The notes beneath the pieces were generated by a model. The model worked only from the letters and a program-made list of their open reading frames with translations. It searched no databases and was not told the DNA's origin. DNA of 64,000 nucleotides. It comes from Alphaproteobacteria bacterium. GTDB lineage: Bacteria; Pseudomonadota; Alphaproteobacteria; UBA6615. The stretch is from NCBI GenBank assembly GCA_038117045.1, contig JAYOFE010000002.1, positions 242 to 64,241 on the forward strand, written 5' to 3'. A program made the translations under genes and the position numbers. Positions 20,582-29,909 of the stretch are shown piece by piece; position 1 is the first letter of the stretch; every line of letters starts with the position of its first letter.

Positions 20582-21475
20582 ATGGCTGCTTTCGCTTCCC
20601 AAGCTCTCGAACAAGGTAACCGGCGCTATGCCAATGCCGTCATGCAGGCCCCTGTCCTCGAACGCGACGAAGAATTTGAACTCGCACGCCTGTGGCGTGA
20701 GGAAGAGGACGAGGACGCACTGCACAAGCTGATCGAGGCCTATGCCCGCTACGTCGTGAAGATCGCCTGGAAGTTCCGGGGTTACGGCCTGCCAGTCGGC
20801 GACCTCGTGCAGGAAGGCAATATCGGCCTGATGGAGGCCGCGCAGCGCTTCGATCCGTCCCACAATGCGCGCTTCTCCACCTATGCATCGTGGTGGATCA
20901 TGGCCGCGATCCAGGATCACATCCTGCGCAACACCTCAATCGTGCGCGTCGCCACCACCCCAGCCCAGCGCCGGCTGTTCTTCAACCTGCGCAAGGTGCG
21001 CGCGCAGCTGGCCACCGGCCCCGACGGGCAACTGACCGATGCCGACCGTGAGAAGGTTGCCGACCGCCTCCAGGTGAAGACCCAGGACGTGGTTTGCATG
21101 GAGGCTCATCTGGGCGGCCCTGACAACTCGCTCAACGCCAGCTTCGGCGAAGAGGACGACTTCGAGTTCCAGGACTCCCTGTCCGACGACGGCCCCACGC
21201 CGGAAGAGTTCACGACCTGGCGCCACGATGGAGAAGTCCGTTCGGCATGGGTCGAGGATGCCCTCAACACGCTGACGGAGCGCGAGCGCGAAATCATCGT
21301 CCAGCGCTTCCTGACGGACGACAAGAACACGCTGGCCGAGATCGGCGAGAACTTCGGCGTCAGCAAGGAGCGCATCCGCCAGATCGAGGCGAAGGCCCTC
21401 GACAAGCTCAAGGTCGCGCTGTCGGCCGAAGGCCGCGACGCCTCCAAGCTGCTGGACTCCGATCTCGTCGTGTAG
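20582..21475 (+). CDS. rpoH: RNA polymerase sigma-32 factor RpoH
   Basis: 297 aa. RpoH box QRRLFFNLRKVRAQL plus sigma-70 regions 2 and 4 (DLVQEGNIGLMEAAQRFD; TLAEIGENFGVSKERIRQIE). Confidence 0.93.
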   Translation: MAAFASQALEQGNRRYANAVMQAPVLERDEEFELARLWREEEDEDALHKLIEAYARYVVKIAWKFRGYGLPVGDLVQEGNIGLMEAAQRFDPSHNARFSTYASWWIMAAIQDHILRNTSIVRVATTPAQRRLFFNLRKVRAQLATGPDGQLTDADREKVADRLQVKTQDVVCMEAHLGGPDNSLNASFGEEDDFEFQDSLSDDGPTPEEFTTWRHDGEVRSAWVEDALNTLTEREREIIVQRFLTDDKNTLAEIGENFGVSKERIRQIEAKALDKLKVALSAEGRDASKLLDSDLVV

Positions 21476-21495
21476 TCGGACCACATACCGGAATC

Positions 21496-21524
21496 AAAAA
21501 GGGCGGCCGAATGGCCGCCCTTTT
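21496..21524. terminator. Bidirectional rho-independent terminator
   Basis: AAAAA-GGGCGGCC-GAAT-GGCCGCCC-TTTT, between convergent rpoH and a MarR-family gene. Confidence 0.85.
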
Positions 21525-21553
21525 CGCGTCTGGGACGTGCGGAGAGAAGGCCG

Positions 21554-22039
21554 TCAGGCCGCCGTCTCAACGCGGAAGAATTCGGCCACGCGCGGGCCGA
21601 AGCCCAGCTGCTGCAGCCAGAAGCGTTCCACGTCGCGCAGCGCATCATTCGCGTCGTTGAGCTGCTCTTCGTCAATGTTACCGGCAACGGCCTCGACATG
21701 TCGCTCGAACATGACTTCAAGCAGGCGGCTCAGTTCGAGCCCCTTCTCGGTCAGGCGAACACGGACCGAACGACGGTCGTGCGAGGAACGCTCCTGGTGA
21801 AGGTAACCGTGTTCGGTCATCTTCTTGACGTTGTAGGACACGTTGGAGCCGAGGTAGTAGCCGCGCAGCGTCAGTTCGCCCACGGTCAGCTCGTCGCCGC
21901 CGATGTTGTAGAGGATCAGCGCCTGGACGTTGTTGATGTCGCGAATGTCGTGTGCCTCGAGTTCGGACTTGATGACTTCGAGGAACTGACGATGCATCCG
22001 CTCCAGGAGCACGATGGTCGAGAGGTAGGTCTGTTTCAC
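21554..22039 (-). CDS. MarR-family transcriptional regulator
   Basis: Winged-HTH core (LTVGELTLRGYYLGSNVSYNVKKMTEHGYLHQERSSHDRRSVRVRLTEKG). GTG 22039 has GGAG 9 nt upstream; the ORF could extend to ATG 22084. Confidence 0.8.
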   Translation of the reverse strand: MKQTYLSTIVLLERMHRQFLEVIKSELEAHDIRDINNVQALILYNIGGDELTVGELTLRGYYLGSNVSYNVKKMTEHGYLHQERSSHDRRSVRVRLTEKGLELSRLLEVMFERHVEAVAGNIDEEQLNDANDALRDVERFWLQQLGFGPRVAEFFRVETAA

Positions 22040-22096
22040 GGTCTGCGTCTCCGCTTCGCAAGCGTGTGAGTTAACGCAGATCATTCCAGTTTCGGG

Positions 22097-22111
22097 TTAA
22101 AGATGGCTTAA
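22097..22111. promoter_or_regulatory. Candidate CtrA box TTAA-N7-TTAA
   Basis: ttaaAGATGGCttaa read directly in the divergent marR-hemB intergenic region. Confidence 0.3.
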
Positions 22112-22242
22112 ACACGTGAAAAACCTCTCTCGAATGCGGTTAACGGCGCGCGGCAACCGGCTGGCCAACAGCGGGTCTTGGCCAATTCCAATGCGAACGG
22201 CTATTGTTCGCCGCCTTTTTTCAACGACTTGCCGGAGCTGAC

Positions 22243-23256
22243 ATGGCCCGTGGCCCGTCCACCCCCGTCGGGGCGTTCCCCCAGACCCGCATGCGGCGCA
22301 ACCGCCGGTGGGACTGGTCCCGACGGCTTGCGCGTGAGAACACGATCACACCGGACGACCTGATCTGGCCGATTTTCGTCTGCGACGGGGACGAGGACGA
22401 GCCGGTGCCGACCATGCCCGGCGTCACCCGTTATGCGATTCGTTCAGTCGCCGGCGCCGCCGGCATGGCCAATGCGCTGGGCATTCCCGCAATTGCAATT
22501 TTCCCCGCCACGCCGTCAGACAGGAAGACACCCGGCGCCGAAGAAGCCTGGAACCCCGACAACCTCGTCTGCCGCGCCGTGCGCGCCATCAAGGACGCAC
22601 ATCCGGATATGGGCGTGATGTGCGATGTGGCCCTCGACCCTTTCAATTCGGACGGGCATGACGGGATCGTGCGCGACGGCCACGTGGTCAACGACGAGAC
22701 GGTGGAAGCGTTGTGCCGCCAGGCGCTGGTGCAGGCCGAGGCCGGCTGCGACATCATCGCGCCCTCCGACATGATGGACGGGCGGATCGGCGCGCTGCGA
22801 CAGGCGCTCGACGGCAACGGTTTCCAGCAGGTGCTGCTGATGTCCTACGCCGCCAAATACGCTTCGGCCTTCTACGGACCCTTCCGCGACGCCATCGAGA
22901 GCGCGGGCTTCCTGAAGGGCGAGACCAAGGACACTTACCAGATGGATCCGGCGAACTCCGATGAGGCCCTGCGCGAGGTGGCGCTGGACATCCAGGAAGG
23001 CGCGGACATGGTGATGGTGAAGCCCGGAATGCCCTATCTGGACATCGTCCGCCGGGTGAAGGAGCAGTTCGGTGTGCCGACCTACGCGTACAATGTCAGC
23101 GGCGAGTACGCGATGCTGCGCTTCGCTGCCGACAACGGTGCGCTCGATTACAACCGGGTCATCCTGGAAACCCTGATGGCGTTCAAGCGGGCTGGCTGCA
23201 ACGGCGTGCTCACCTATTTTGCCGTCGATGCGGCACGGCTGCTCAATGACGCATGA
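22243..23256 (+). CDS. hemB: Porphobilinogen synthase (delta-aminolevulinate dehydratase)
   Basis: ATG 22243 has GGAG 6 nt upstream. RMRRNRR N-terminal motif and active-site Lys regions (SYAAKYAS, MVKPG). The Asp-rich metal site DVALDPFNSDGHDG marks the non-Zn type. Confidence 0.93.
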   Translation: MARGPSTPVGAFPQTRMRRNRRWDWSRRLARENTITPDDLIWPIFVCDGDEDEPVPTMPGVTRYAIRSVAGAAGMANALGIPAIAIFPATPSDRKTPGAEEAWNPDNLVCRAVRAIKDAHPDMGVMCDVALDPFNSDGHDGIVRDGHVVNDETVEALCRQALVQAEAGCDIIAPSDMMDGRIGALRQALDGNGFQQVLLMSYAAKYASAFYGPFRDAIESAGFLKGETKDTYQMDPANSDEALREVALDIQEGADMVMVKPGMPYLDIVRRVKEQFGVPTYAYNVSGEYAMLRFAADNGALDYNRVILETLMAFKRAGCNGVLTYFAVDAARLLNDA

Positions 23257-23872
23257 ACCGGACACCGATGACGGGACGCCACCGGACCCCCTGATCGCCC
23301 GCTACAATCCGACGGTACAGATCCTGCGCGCCGTGGCGATTTTCGCCGTGGCAGGCATCTGCCTCATCATCCCGTTCGTGTCGGAGCAGTCGAGCGAGGA
23401 TTCCTGGCGATTTGCGGGCGTCCTGATCGCGACGCTGGCCCTGTGGGGAGTCATCACGTTGCGCCGCGCAGCCGACAGGACGCCGCAGGTCATTATCGAC
23501 GAGAACGGTGTCTATTTCCGTGAATGGCATGCGGGCACGGTGCCGTGGGAGACCATCGAGTACATCAGCCATTCCAGCACTATCCGCCGCAACCTGCTCT
23601 CGGCTGTCACCCGCAACCGGCGCAAGCCCTACCTGCTGTTCAAGTTCAGTGAGCCCCCGAAGCTCCAGCCGACGGCACGGCCGCCGCTGTCATGGTGGCA
23701 GGTCTTCATGGGTGAACTCGCGATCCAGGAGCCGGTCATCCAGCAGTTCGGCCTCGATACGCCGGTCGATACGATGCTCAAAGCCATCGAGGCGCAGATC
23801 GCGGCCTGGCGCATCAGCAACCCTCACCTGCTGGAAGACGCCGGGCAGGAAGACGCTCAGCCAGCCACCTGA
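23246..23872 (+). CDS. Hypothetical membrane protein (2 TM + possible bacterial PH-like domain)
   Basis: 208 aa. The ATG overlaps the hemB end by 11 nt. Two hydrophobic helices are followed by VIIDENGVYFREWHAGTVPWETIEYI, which is reminiscent of membrane-anchored bPH domains. Confidence 0.55.
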   Translation: MTHEPDTDDGTPPDPLIARYNPTVQILRAVAIFAVAGICLIIPFVSEQSSEDSWRFAGVLIATLALWGVITLRRAADRTPQVIIDENGVYFREWHAGTVPWETIEYISHSSTIRRNLLSAVTRNRRKPYLLFKFSEPPKLQPTARPPLSWWQVFMGELAIQEPVIQQFGLDTPVDTMLKAIEAQIAAWRISNPHLLEDAGQEDAQPAT

Positions 23873-23881
23873 GCCTGCCTG

Positions 23882-24853
23882 TCAGGACGACGCGTTGAAA
23901 AAGGCCAGCGCACAGCAATCGTGCCAGCGCCCGCCCCGGCCGTGGAAGCCGACATGTCCACCGCCGCGCGACAGCAGGACATCCACCATCGGTGCGCCCT
24001 CACCCACCACCCGGTAGGCATCCGCCGGTATCCAGGGATCGTTGTCCGCGTGTATGGCCAGCGTCGGGACCGCGATCCGGTCGAGAAGCGGACCCGACGC
24101 ACAGTTCTCATAATAGTCAGCGGCGTTCCGGAAGCCGTTCAGCGGTGCAACCACGCCATTGTCGAATCCGCGGATGGATTGCGCATCCTCCAGCGCCGCC
24201 GCCTGTTCGGGTGCAATCTCCAACGGCCCCGCCCGCCAGTCGGCCTTCATCCGCTTGAGGAGCCAGCGGTGATATCCCCGGTTGCGGTTCGCTTCCAACC
24301 GCGCGGAGGCGGCGGCCAGATCGAGGGGGGCGGAGACGGAAACGGCCTGCGTCACGAGGGCGTCGCCGTCCGCTTCCGCCAGGTATTTCAGCAGGATGTT
24401 GGCCCCCAGTGAGTAACCGACGGCAAAACGCCCTGCCGTACCGAGCCCTTCCCCGTCCAATACCGAAAGCCACAGTGCGAGGTCGGCGCTCCGGCCTGCG
24501 TGATACATCCGCCGACAGTCGGCACGCGACGGCCCGGCACCGCGCAGGTTCACGCGGAACACGTCAAAACCGTTCTTGAGAAACTGCCGCGCGCTGGCAC
24601 GAACATAGGCGCTGTCCTCGCAGCCGGTGAGCCCGTGAATCAAGACCACCAGCCGCGCGTTGCTTTCGCCGGTTTCGTGCAGTGTGCCGGATAGCCGGTC
24701 CCCGTCCGGCGTTTCGGCGAAAAGCCGCTGCGCCGGCCAGGCGTCCAGTTTCGTCCATTCGCGCAGGATCGCGTTGCGCACGGTCTGGAGGTCGCCGCCG
24801 AACCACGGCGGACGGGCGCGAAACCGGGGAAACGTGACCTGAAGCGCCGTCAT
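23882..24853 (-). CDS. Alpha/beta hydrolase (YheT-like)
   Basis: Trimmed to MTALQVTFPRF; the ATG overlaps the upstream stop (ATGA at 24850-24853). HGLTGCEDS motif and nucleophile elbow GYSLGAN. Confidence 0.8.
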   Translation of the reverse strand: MTALQVTFPRFRARPPWFGGDLQTVRNAILREWTKLDAWPAQRLFAETPDGDRLSGTLHETGESNARLVVLIHGLTGCEDSAYVRASARQFLKNGFDVFRVNLRGAGPSRADCRRMYHAGRSADLALWLSVLDGEGLGTAGRFAVGYSLGANILLKYLAEADGDALVTQAVSVSAPLDLAAASARLEANRNRGYHRWLLKRMKADWRAGPLEIAPEQAAALEDAQSIRGFDNGVVAPLNGFRNAADYYENCASGPLLDRIAVPTLAIHADNDPWIPADAYRVVGEGAPMVDVLLSRGGGHVGFHGRGGRWHDCCALAFFNASS

Positions 24854-25689
24854 CCGGCCAGGAAATCGGCGATGACGGCGATCTGGTCGTCCGCCATCAG
24901 CGCGGGGGCATGGCCGACGCCTTCGAACTCTACCAGCGTCGCCTCGGGACCGCGCCGGGTCATCTCCTGCGCGGTGTCGGCAGGCAGGATGTCCGAACGC
25001 GCACCGCGCAACACCAGCACATCGACGGAAATCTGGTCCCAGAACGGCCACAGGTTCGCATCCTCGACGGGTGCCGCAGCGATGGGTTCGCGGATGCGCA
25101 TGTCATAGGCCGGCGCGATGGTCCCGTTTTCGGTGTGCCGCGCCGACGTCTCGGTCAGATGCCGCCATTGTTCGTCCGTCAGCGGCCCGAAGGGTGACCA
25201 GATGTAGCGCAGGTACGCCTCGAACGCCGCCATGTTCGGGAACTCCGGATCGGTGCCGACGTAGTCGCGAATGCGTCCCACCGCCTCCTTCGGGATGAAC
25301 GGTCCCACATCGTTGAGCACCAGCCGGCGGACCGGGTTTGGATTCTGGATGGCCAGCATCATGCCGATCAGGCCGCCCATGGACGTGCCCACGAGATCGA
25401 CCGGCGCCAGATCCAGTTCGGAAATCAGTGCCTGTGCGTCCGCGATGTACTGGGGAAAGCCATAGTTCATGGGATCCGGCAGCCAGTCGCTCTGGCCGCG
25501 CCCGACAACATCGAGGCAGATCACCCGCCGGTTGCGCGCCAGCGCAGATGCCAGCGCATCAAAGGAGCGCGCAGTCTGGGTCAGGCCATGCACGCACAGC
25601 ACGGCGGGTGCATCCTCGGGGCCCCAATCGGTGTAGTGAAGCCTGTGTTCTACCCGGGGGTTGCGTGCCGTGAAAAAACGTGACCGCAT
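24850..25689 (-). CDS. Alpha/beta hydrolase
   Basis: 279 aa. Oxyanion region VHGLTQTA, nucleophile elbow GTSMGG and C-terminal GHAP. Confidence 0.82.
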   Translation of the reverse strand: MRSRFFTARNPRVEHRLHYTDWGPEDAPAVLCVHGLTQTARSFDALASALARNRRVICLDVVGRGQSDWLPDPMNYGFPQYIADAQALISELDLAPVDLVGTSMGGLIGMMLAIQNPNPVRRLVLNDVGPFIPKEAVGRIRDYVGTDPEFPNMAAFEAYLRYIWSPFGPLTDEQWRHLTETSARHTENGTIAPAYDMRIREPIAAAPVEDANLWPFWDQISVDVLVLRGARSDILPADTAQEMTRRGPEATLVEFEGVGHAPALMADDQIAVIADFLAG

Positions 25690-25775
25690 GGTTGCGAGCC
25701 TCTACCTTTTTGCGATGTCGCGCGAACCTATCGCGCTCTCACTACGCCACAAAGCTCTCGAAAGTTCATTTCATC

Positions 25776-26231
25776 ATGCCCGAGATCACGGTCGGACCGC
25801 CGCTTCCCGAGGACCAGACGGCGTGGCGCGAGCTTTTTGTCGGCTATCGCCGCTTCTACAAGATGGAAGATGACGACGCGATCGTGGCACGCGTGTGGAC
25901 GTGGATCATCGACCCGGCTCACCCGACGGAATGTCTGCTGGCCCACCTGCCCGACGGACAGCCCATCGGCCTGGCACATTTCAGGGACCTGCCCCGCCCG
26001 CTTTCCGGTTCGAACGCCGGCTTCCTCGATGACCTGTTTGTGCGCGAAGACCATCGCGGGAGCGGCGCCGCCGACGCGCTGGTCAACGCGATCGCCGCCA
26101 TCGGCAAGACGCGGGACTGGGCCTGGCTGCGATGGTTCACGGCAGAGGACAACTACCGAGGTCGCGGCTTTTACGACCGGGTGGCCCATGCAACCCCGTG
26201 GAAGACCTACCAGGTCGACATTCAGGACTGA
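25776..26231 (+). CDS. GNAT family N-acetyltransferase
   Basis: Trimmed to MPEITVGPP (ATG 25776). Acetyl-CoA binding pattern VREDHRGSGAADALV. Confidence 0.8.
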   Translation: MPEITVGPPLPEDQTAWRELFVGYRRFYKMEDDDAIVARVWTWIIDPAHPTECLLAHLPDGQPIGLAHFRDLPRPLSGSNAGFLDDLFVREDHRGSGAADALVNAIAAIGKTRDWAWLRWFTAEDNYRGRGFYDRVAHATPWKTYQVDIQD

Positions 26232-26234
26232 CCC

Positions 26235-28616
26235 TTGGCCTTCCTTCGCGGCATCGTCGCGTTCATCGCCACCTTCGTTGCAGCACTCGCCGGACTTTCA
26301 GTCCTGGCTATCAGCACCGTCGCGTTCATCTTTGCGACCAACGAGACGGGCACCACCGGCACCCAGCGCATCGCAACGCTCGAGGGCGATGTGCGCGTCG
26401 TGCGCGACGCCAACGGCATTCCTCATATCTTCGCAGGCACCCGGGCCGATGCCTATCGCGCGTTGGGATTCGTTCATGCGCAGGACCGGTTCTTCCAGAT
26501 GGAGTTTACGCGCCGCACAGCCGCAGGCCGCCTGTCGGAAATAATCGGCCCGCTGGGCCTGCGGACTGACCGGTTCATGCGCACACTCGGCATATACCGG
26601 CTTGCCGAAGCGTCAGTCGAAAGCCTGTCGCCCGAAGCCCGTGCGGCCATAGAGAGCTACACACAAGGCGTGAATGCCTGGGTGACTTCGCCGGATCGCG
26701 TCCGGCCGGCCGAGATGATCGTCCTGGGTGTCGATCCAGAACCCTGGCGGGCCGCCGACAGTGCCGCATGGGTCCGGCTGATGGCACTGTTGTTGTCGGA
26801 AGACTGGCGCGCGGAAATCCTGCGTAGCCGAGCTTCGGAGGTGCTGGACCCAATGCAGGTCCGCGACCTCTGGCCCGACGAGCCCGAAAGCGCACCAACC
26901 ACACTGGCAAACGTGGCGGGGACTGCGCTCCAATGGCAGGAGCTTGCCGCTGCCATCCCCGATATCTTCCCTGCAGCCAGCGCGTCCAACGAATGGGTCG
27001 TCTCGGGCGCGCGCAGCCGGTCCGGCAAGCCCATGCTGGCCAATGACCCGCATCTCGGCCTGAGCGCGCCCGGCATGTGGCACCTTGCAAGGATCGTCAC
27101 CCCTGAGTTCGAGGCGTCGGGTGCTGCCCTGCCCGGCCAGCCCTTTTTCATGGTCGGCCAGAACGGCCATATGTCCTGGGGCCTGACCACGACCCATGCG
27201 GATGTGCAGGACCTGTTTATCGAGAAGCTCGATCCCGGCGACCCTGCGCGCTACCTGACGCCGGAGGGCAGTGCGCCCTTCGAGACGCGCGAAGAGAACA
27301 TACGGGTGCGCTTCGACGAACCCGAGACTTTCACCGTTCGGATCACCCGGCACGGGCCTGTGATCTCGGACCTTTCACCCGATACCGCCGCGATTGCCGG
27401 CCACGGCCATGTCGTGGCCCTGGGGTTTGCAGCCCTGCGCGAAGATGATCGCACAGCCAATGCGGCGTTCCGCATGAATACAGCCATGACAGTGGCCGAG
27501 TTCCGGAACGCGCTTCGCGACTTCCACGCCCCGATGCAGAACGTGGCCTATGCCCACACGGACGGCTCCTTCGGGTTTGTGGCCGCCGGCCGCCTGCCGA
27601 TCCGTCCGGGCGGCGCCGGAACCCGGCCCGTGCCCGGCTGGACCGCGGATCATGACTGGGCGGGCTTTGTTCCGTTTGAGGACCTGCCCCAGCGCCATGA
27701 CCCGGCGGGCGGCGTCATCGTCAATGCAAATAACCGGGTTGCGCCGAAAACCTATCCCCATGTCATCAGCAATGACTGGCCGCCCGGCTTCCGTGCGGAG
27801 CGGATCGAACGGCTGCTGGCGGACGATGCCCTCCACACTCCAGACAGCTTCGCGGCGATCCAGACGGATGTGGTCTCCACGGGGGCGCTAGACCTGGTCG
27901 CGGCGATGGTCGAAACGCAGTTCGACCCGGCCGCAAACCGGGAGATTTTGGAACTCATGACGCGCTGGGATGGCGATATGTCGCCGGACCGGGCGGAACC
28001 GCTGGTTTTCGCCGCATGGTCGCAGGCGCTTCAGGAACGCTTGATCGGCGATGAGCTCGGGGACCTGCTGACCGAATTCCGCGGCGTGCGCACGCGCGCG
28101 CTGATCGGCATGCTGACCGAGCGGCAGGCATGGTGCGACAACGTGAAAACGCCGCAGGCGGAGACATGCGTCGGGATCGTGGCGCAATCGCTCAACGACG
28201 CTGTCCTGATGCTGGGCGAGGCCTACGGCCCCGATCCGGCACAATGGCGCTGGGGAGATGCCCATGGTGTGACGTTTGCCCATCCGCTGCTGCGGTCCGC
28301 GCCGGGGATCGCGGCACTGCTTGCCCCGCACGTTGAGACCGGCGGCGGCAACCACACGATCAACCGCGGCAGCTATCGAACATCCGGCGAAAGCAGCTTT
28401 CCCCATTTCCATGGCCCAGGCCTGCGCGTGATCTTCGACATGGCAAGTCCCGGAGAGGCAATGTTCATGATCACGCCGGGCCAGTCGGGCCGTGTCGCCT
28501 CCCCGGATTACGTAAACCTGGCCGGTCCGTGGGCCCTGGGCCGATACATCGTGTTAAAAGGCGATCCAGAGACATTGCGGACAACCGCAAACGGCGAACT
28601 GACCCTGACCCCATGA
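26235..28616 (+). CDS. Penicillin/acyl-homoserine-lactone acylase family Ntn-hydrolase
   Basis: 793 aa. N-terminal TM/signal segment. Predicted beta-chain N-terminal nucleophile in AASASNEWVVSGARSRSGKPMLANDPHL. The only start available is TTG 26235, 3 nt after the GNAT stop. Confidence 0.85.
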   Translation: MAFLRGIVAFIATFVAALAGLSVLAISTVAFIFATNETGTTGTQRIATLEGDVRVVRDANGIPHIFAGTRADAYRALGFVHAQDRFFQMEFTRRTAAGRLSEIIGPLGLRTDRFMRTLGIYRLAEASVESLSPEARAAIESYTQGVNAWVTSPDRVRPAEMIVLGVDPEPWRAADSAAWVRLMALLLSEDWRAEILRSRASEVLDPMQVRDLWPDEPESAPTTLANVAGTALQWQELAAAIPDIFPAASASNEWVVSGARSRSGKPMLANDPHLGLSAPGMWHLARIVTPEFEASGAALPGQPFFMVGQNGHMSWGLTTTHADVQDLFIEKLDPGDPARYLTPEGSAPFETREENIRVRFDEPETFTVRITRHGPVISDLSPDTAAIAGHGHVVALGFAALREDDRTANAAFRMNTAMTVAEFRNALRDFHAPMQNVAYAHTDGSFGFVAAGRLPIRPGGAGTRPVPGWTADHDWAGFVPFEDLPQRHDPAGGVIVNANNRVAPKTYPHVISNDWPPGFRAERIERLLADDALHTPDSFAAIQTDVVSTGALDLVAAMVETQFDPAANREILELMTRWDGDMSPDRAEPLVFAAWSQALQERLIGDELGDLLTEFRGVRTRALIGMLTERQAWCDNVKTPQAETCVGIVAQSLNDAVLMLGEAYGPDPAQWRWGDAHGVTFAHPLLRSAPGIAALLAPHVETGGGNHTINRGSYRTSGESSFPHFHGPGLRVIFDMASPGEAMFMITPGQSGRVASPDYVNLAGPWALGRYIVLKGDPETLRTTANGELTLTP

Positions 28617-29839
28617 CCGTCACGATCGAGGATATCGAGACTGCCGCGGCGACGATCGCGGGCGATGTGCTGCACACGCCGACCATTGCTGCTCCGGCCC
28701 TGACACAGGTGCTGGGCTGCGATCTGCGCCTGAAGCTCGAAAATCTGCAGCTGACCGGGTCGTTCAAGGCGCGCGGCGCGCGCAACCGGCTGGGTGAGCT
28801 CGATCCCGCCACGACCGCGGGCGTGATTGCGTGTTCAGCCGGGAACCATGCCCAGGGCGTGGCCTGTTTTGCTTCGCGCATGGGAATTTCTGCGACGATT
28901 GTCATGCCGCGCGGAACCCCTTTCGCGAAGGTGGAAAGCACCGAGCGCTATGGCGCGCGCGTCATCCTCGAGGGAAACGACCTGTCGGAAGCGCAGGCGC
29001 GTACCCAGGAGATCGCCGCAGCAGAAGGCCTGGTCTTCATCCATCCCTATGACGATGAGCTGATCATCGCGGGCCAGGGCACGGCAGGGCTGGAGATGAT
29101 TTCCGATACGCCCGAACTCGACACCGTCATCATTCCCATCGGCGGCGGCGGGCTGATCGCCGGATGCGCGATCGCCATGAAGGCCCGAAAGCCGGATATC
29201 GAGATCATCGGTGTTCAGGTCGAATCCTACGCCACCATGCGGGCGGCGATCGACGGCACTCCCCTGCACGCCGGAGGGTCGACGCTCGCCGAGGGCATCG
29301 CCGTCAAGTCGCCCGGCCAGAAAACCTTGCCGGTCATTCGTGATCTCGTGGATGATATCTTGGTCGTGGACGAGGCCGCGATCGAGAACGCGGTCGAGCT
29401 GCTGGCCGACACCGGGCGGATCGTCGCCGAGGGCGCGGGTGCCGCGGCGCTTGGCGTGGTAATGGAAAACCCCGAACGCTTTGCCGGGCGGCGGGTCGGG
29501 CTGATGGTCAGCGGCGGCAATATCGACATGCGGCTGTTCGCGTCGGTACTGCTGCGCGGTCTGGTGCGCGGCGGGCAGCTCGTGCGCCTGCGCGTCCAGA
29601 TTCCCGATTCTCCCGGCCAGCTCGCGCGGGTCAGCACCCTGATCGGCGAAGCCGGTGGAAACATTGTCGAAATCGTCCACCAGCGGATGTTCTACAACGT
29701 CCCGGTGAAATACACCGAACTGGATGTGGTCGTGGAAACGCGCAATGCGCGCCACGCTGCCGAACTGGTCAACTCCCTCGAACGCGCCGGGTTATCCACG
29801 CGCCTGCTGAGCGACGTCACCGGAATCGGATCAGGCTAA
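28613..29839 (+). CDS. ilvA: Threonine ammonia-lyase (threonine dehydratase) with C-terminal ACT-like domain
   Basis: The ATG overlaps the acylase stop (ATGA 28613-28616). PLP-lysine motif GSFKARGA. The C-terminal ACT-like segment is VRLRVQIPDSPGQLARVSTLIGEAGGNIVEI. Confidence 0.88.
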   Translation: MTVTIEDIETAAATIAGDVLHTPTIAAPALTQVLGCDLRLKLENLQLTGSFKARGARNRLGELDPATTAGVIACSAGNHAQGVACFASRMGISATIVMPRGTPFAKVESTERYGARVILEGNDLSEAQARTQEIAAAEGLVFIHPYDDELIIAGQGTAGLEMISDTPELDTVIIPIGGGGLIAGCAIAMKARKPDIEIIGVQVESYATMRAAIDGTPLHAGGSTLAEGIAVKSPGQKTLPVIRDLVDDILVVDEAAIENAVELLADTGRIVAEGAGAAALGVVMENPERFAGRRVGLMVSGGNIDMRLFASVLLRGLVRGGQLVRLRVQIPDSPGQLARVSTLIGEAGGNIVEIVHQRMFYNVPVKYTELDVVVETRNARHAAELVNSLERAGLSTRLLSDVTGIGSG

Positions 29840-29852
29840 ACCGCTTCTTAAC
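29837..29852. promoter_or_regulatory. Candidate CtrA-like box TAAA-N7-TTAAC upstream of motA
   Basis: taaaCCGCTTCttaac, with one mismatch to TTAA-N7-TTAAC. Lies 58 nt upstream of the motA ATG. Confidence 0.25.
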
Positions 29853-29909
29853 CACTCTCGGGCACTGTGAGCCTCGCGGAATTCCAACGTTCCAGGTGGG
29901 CCGGAAACT

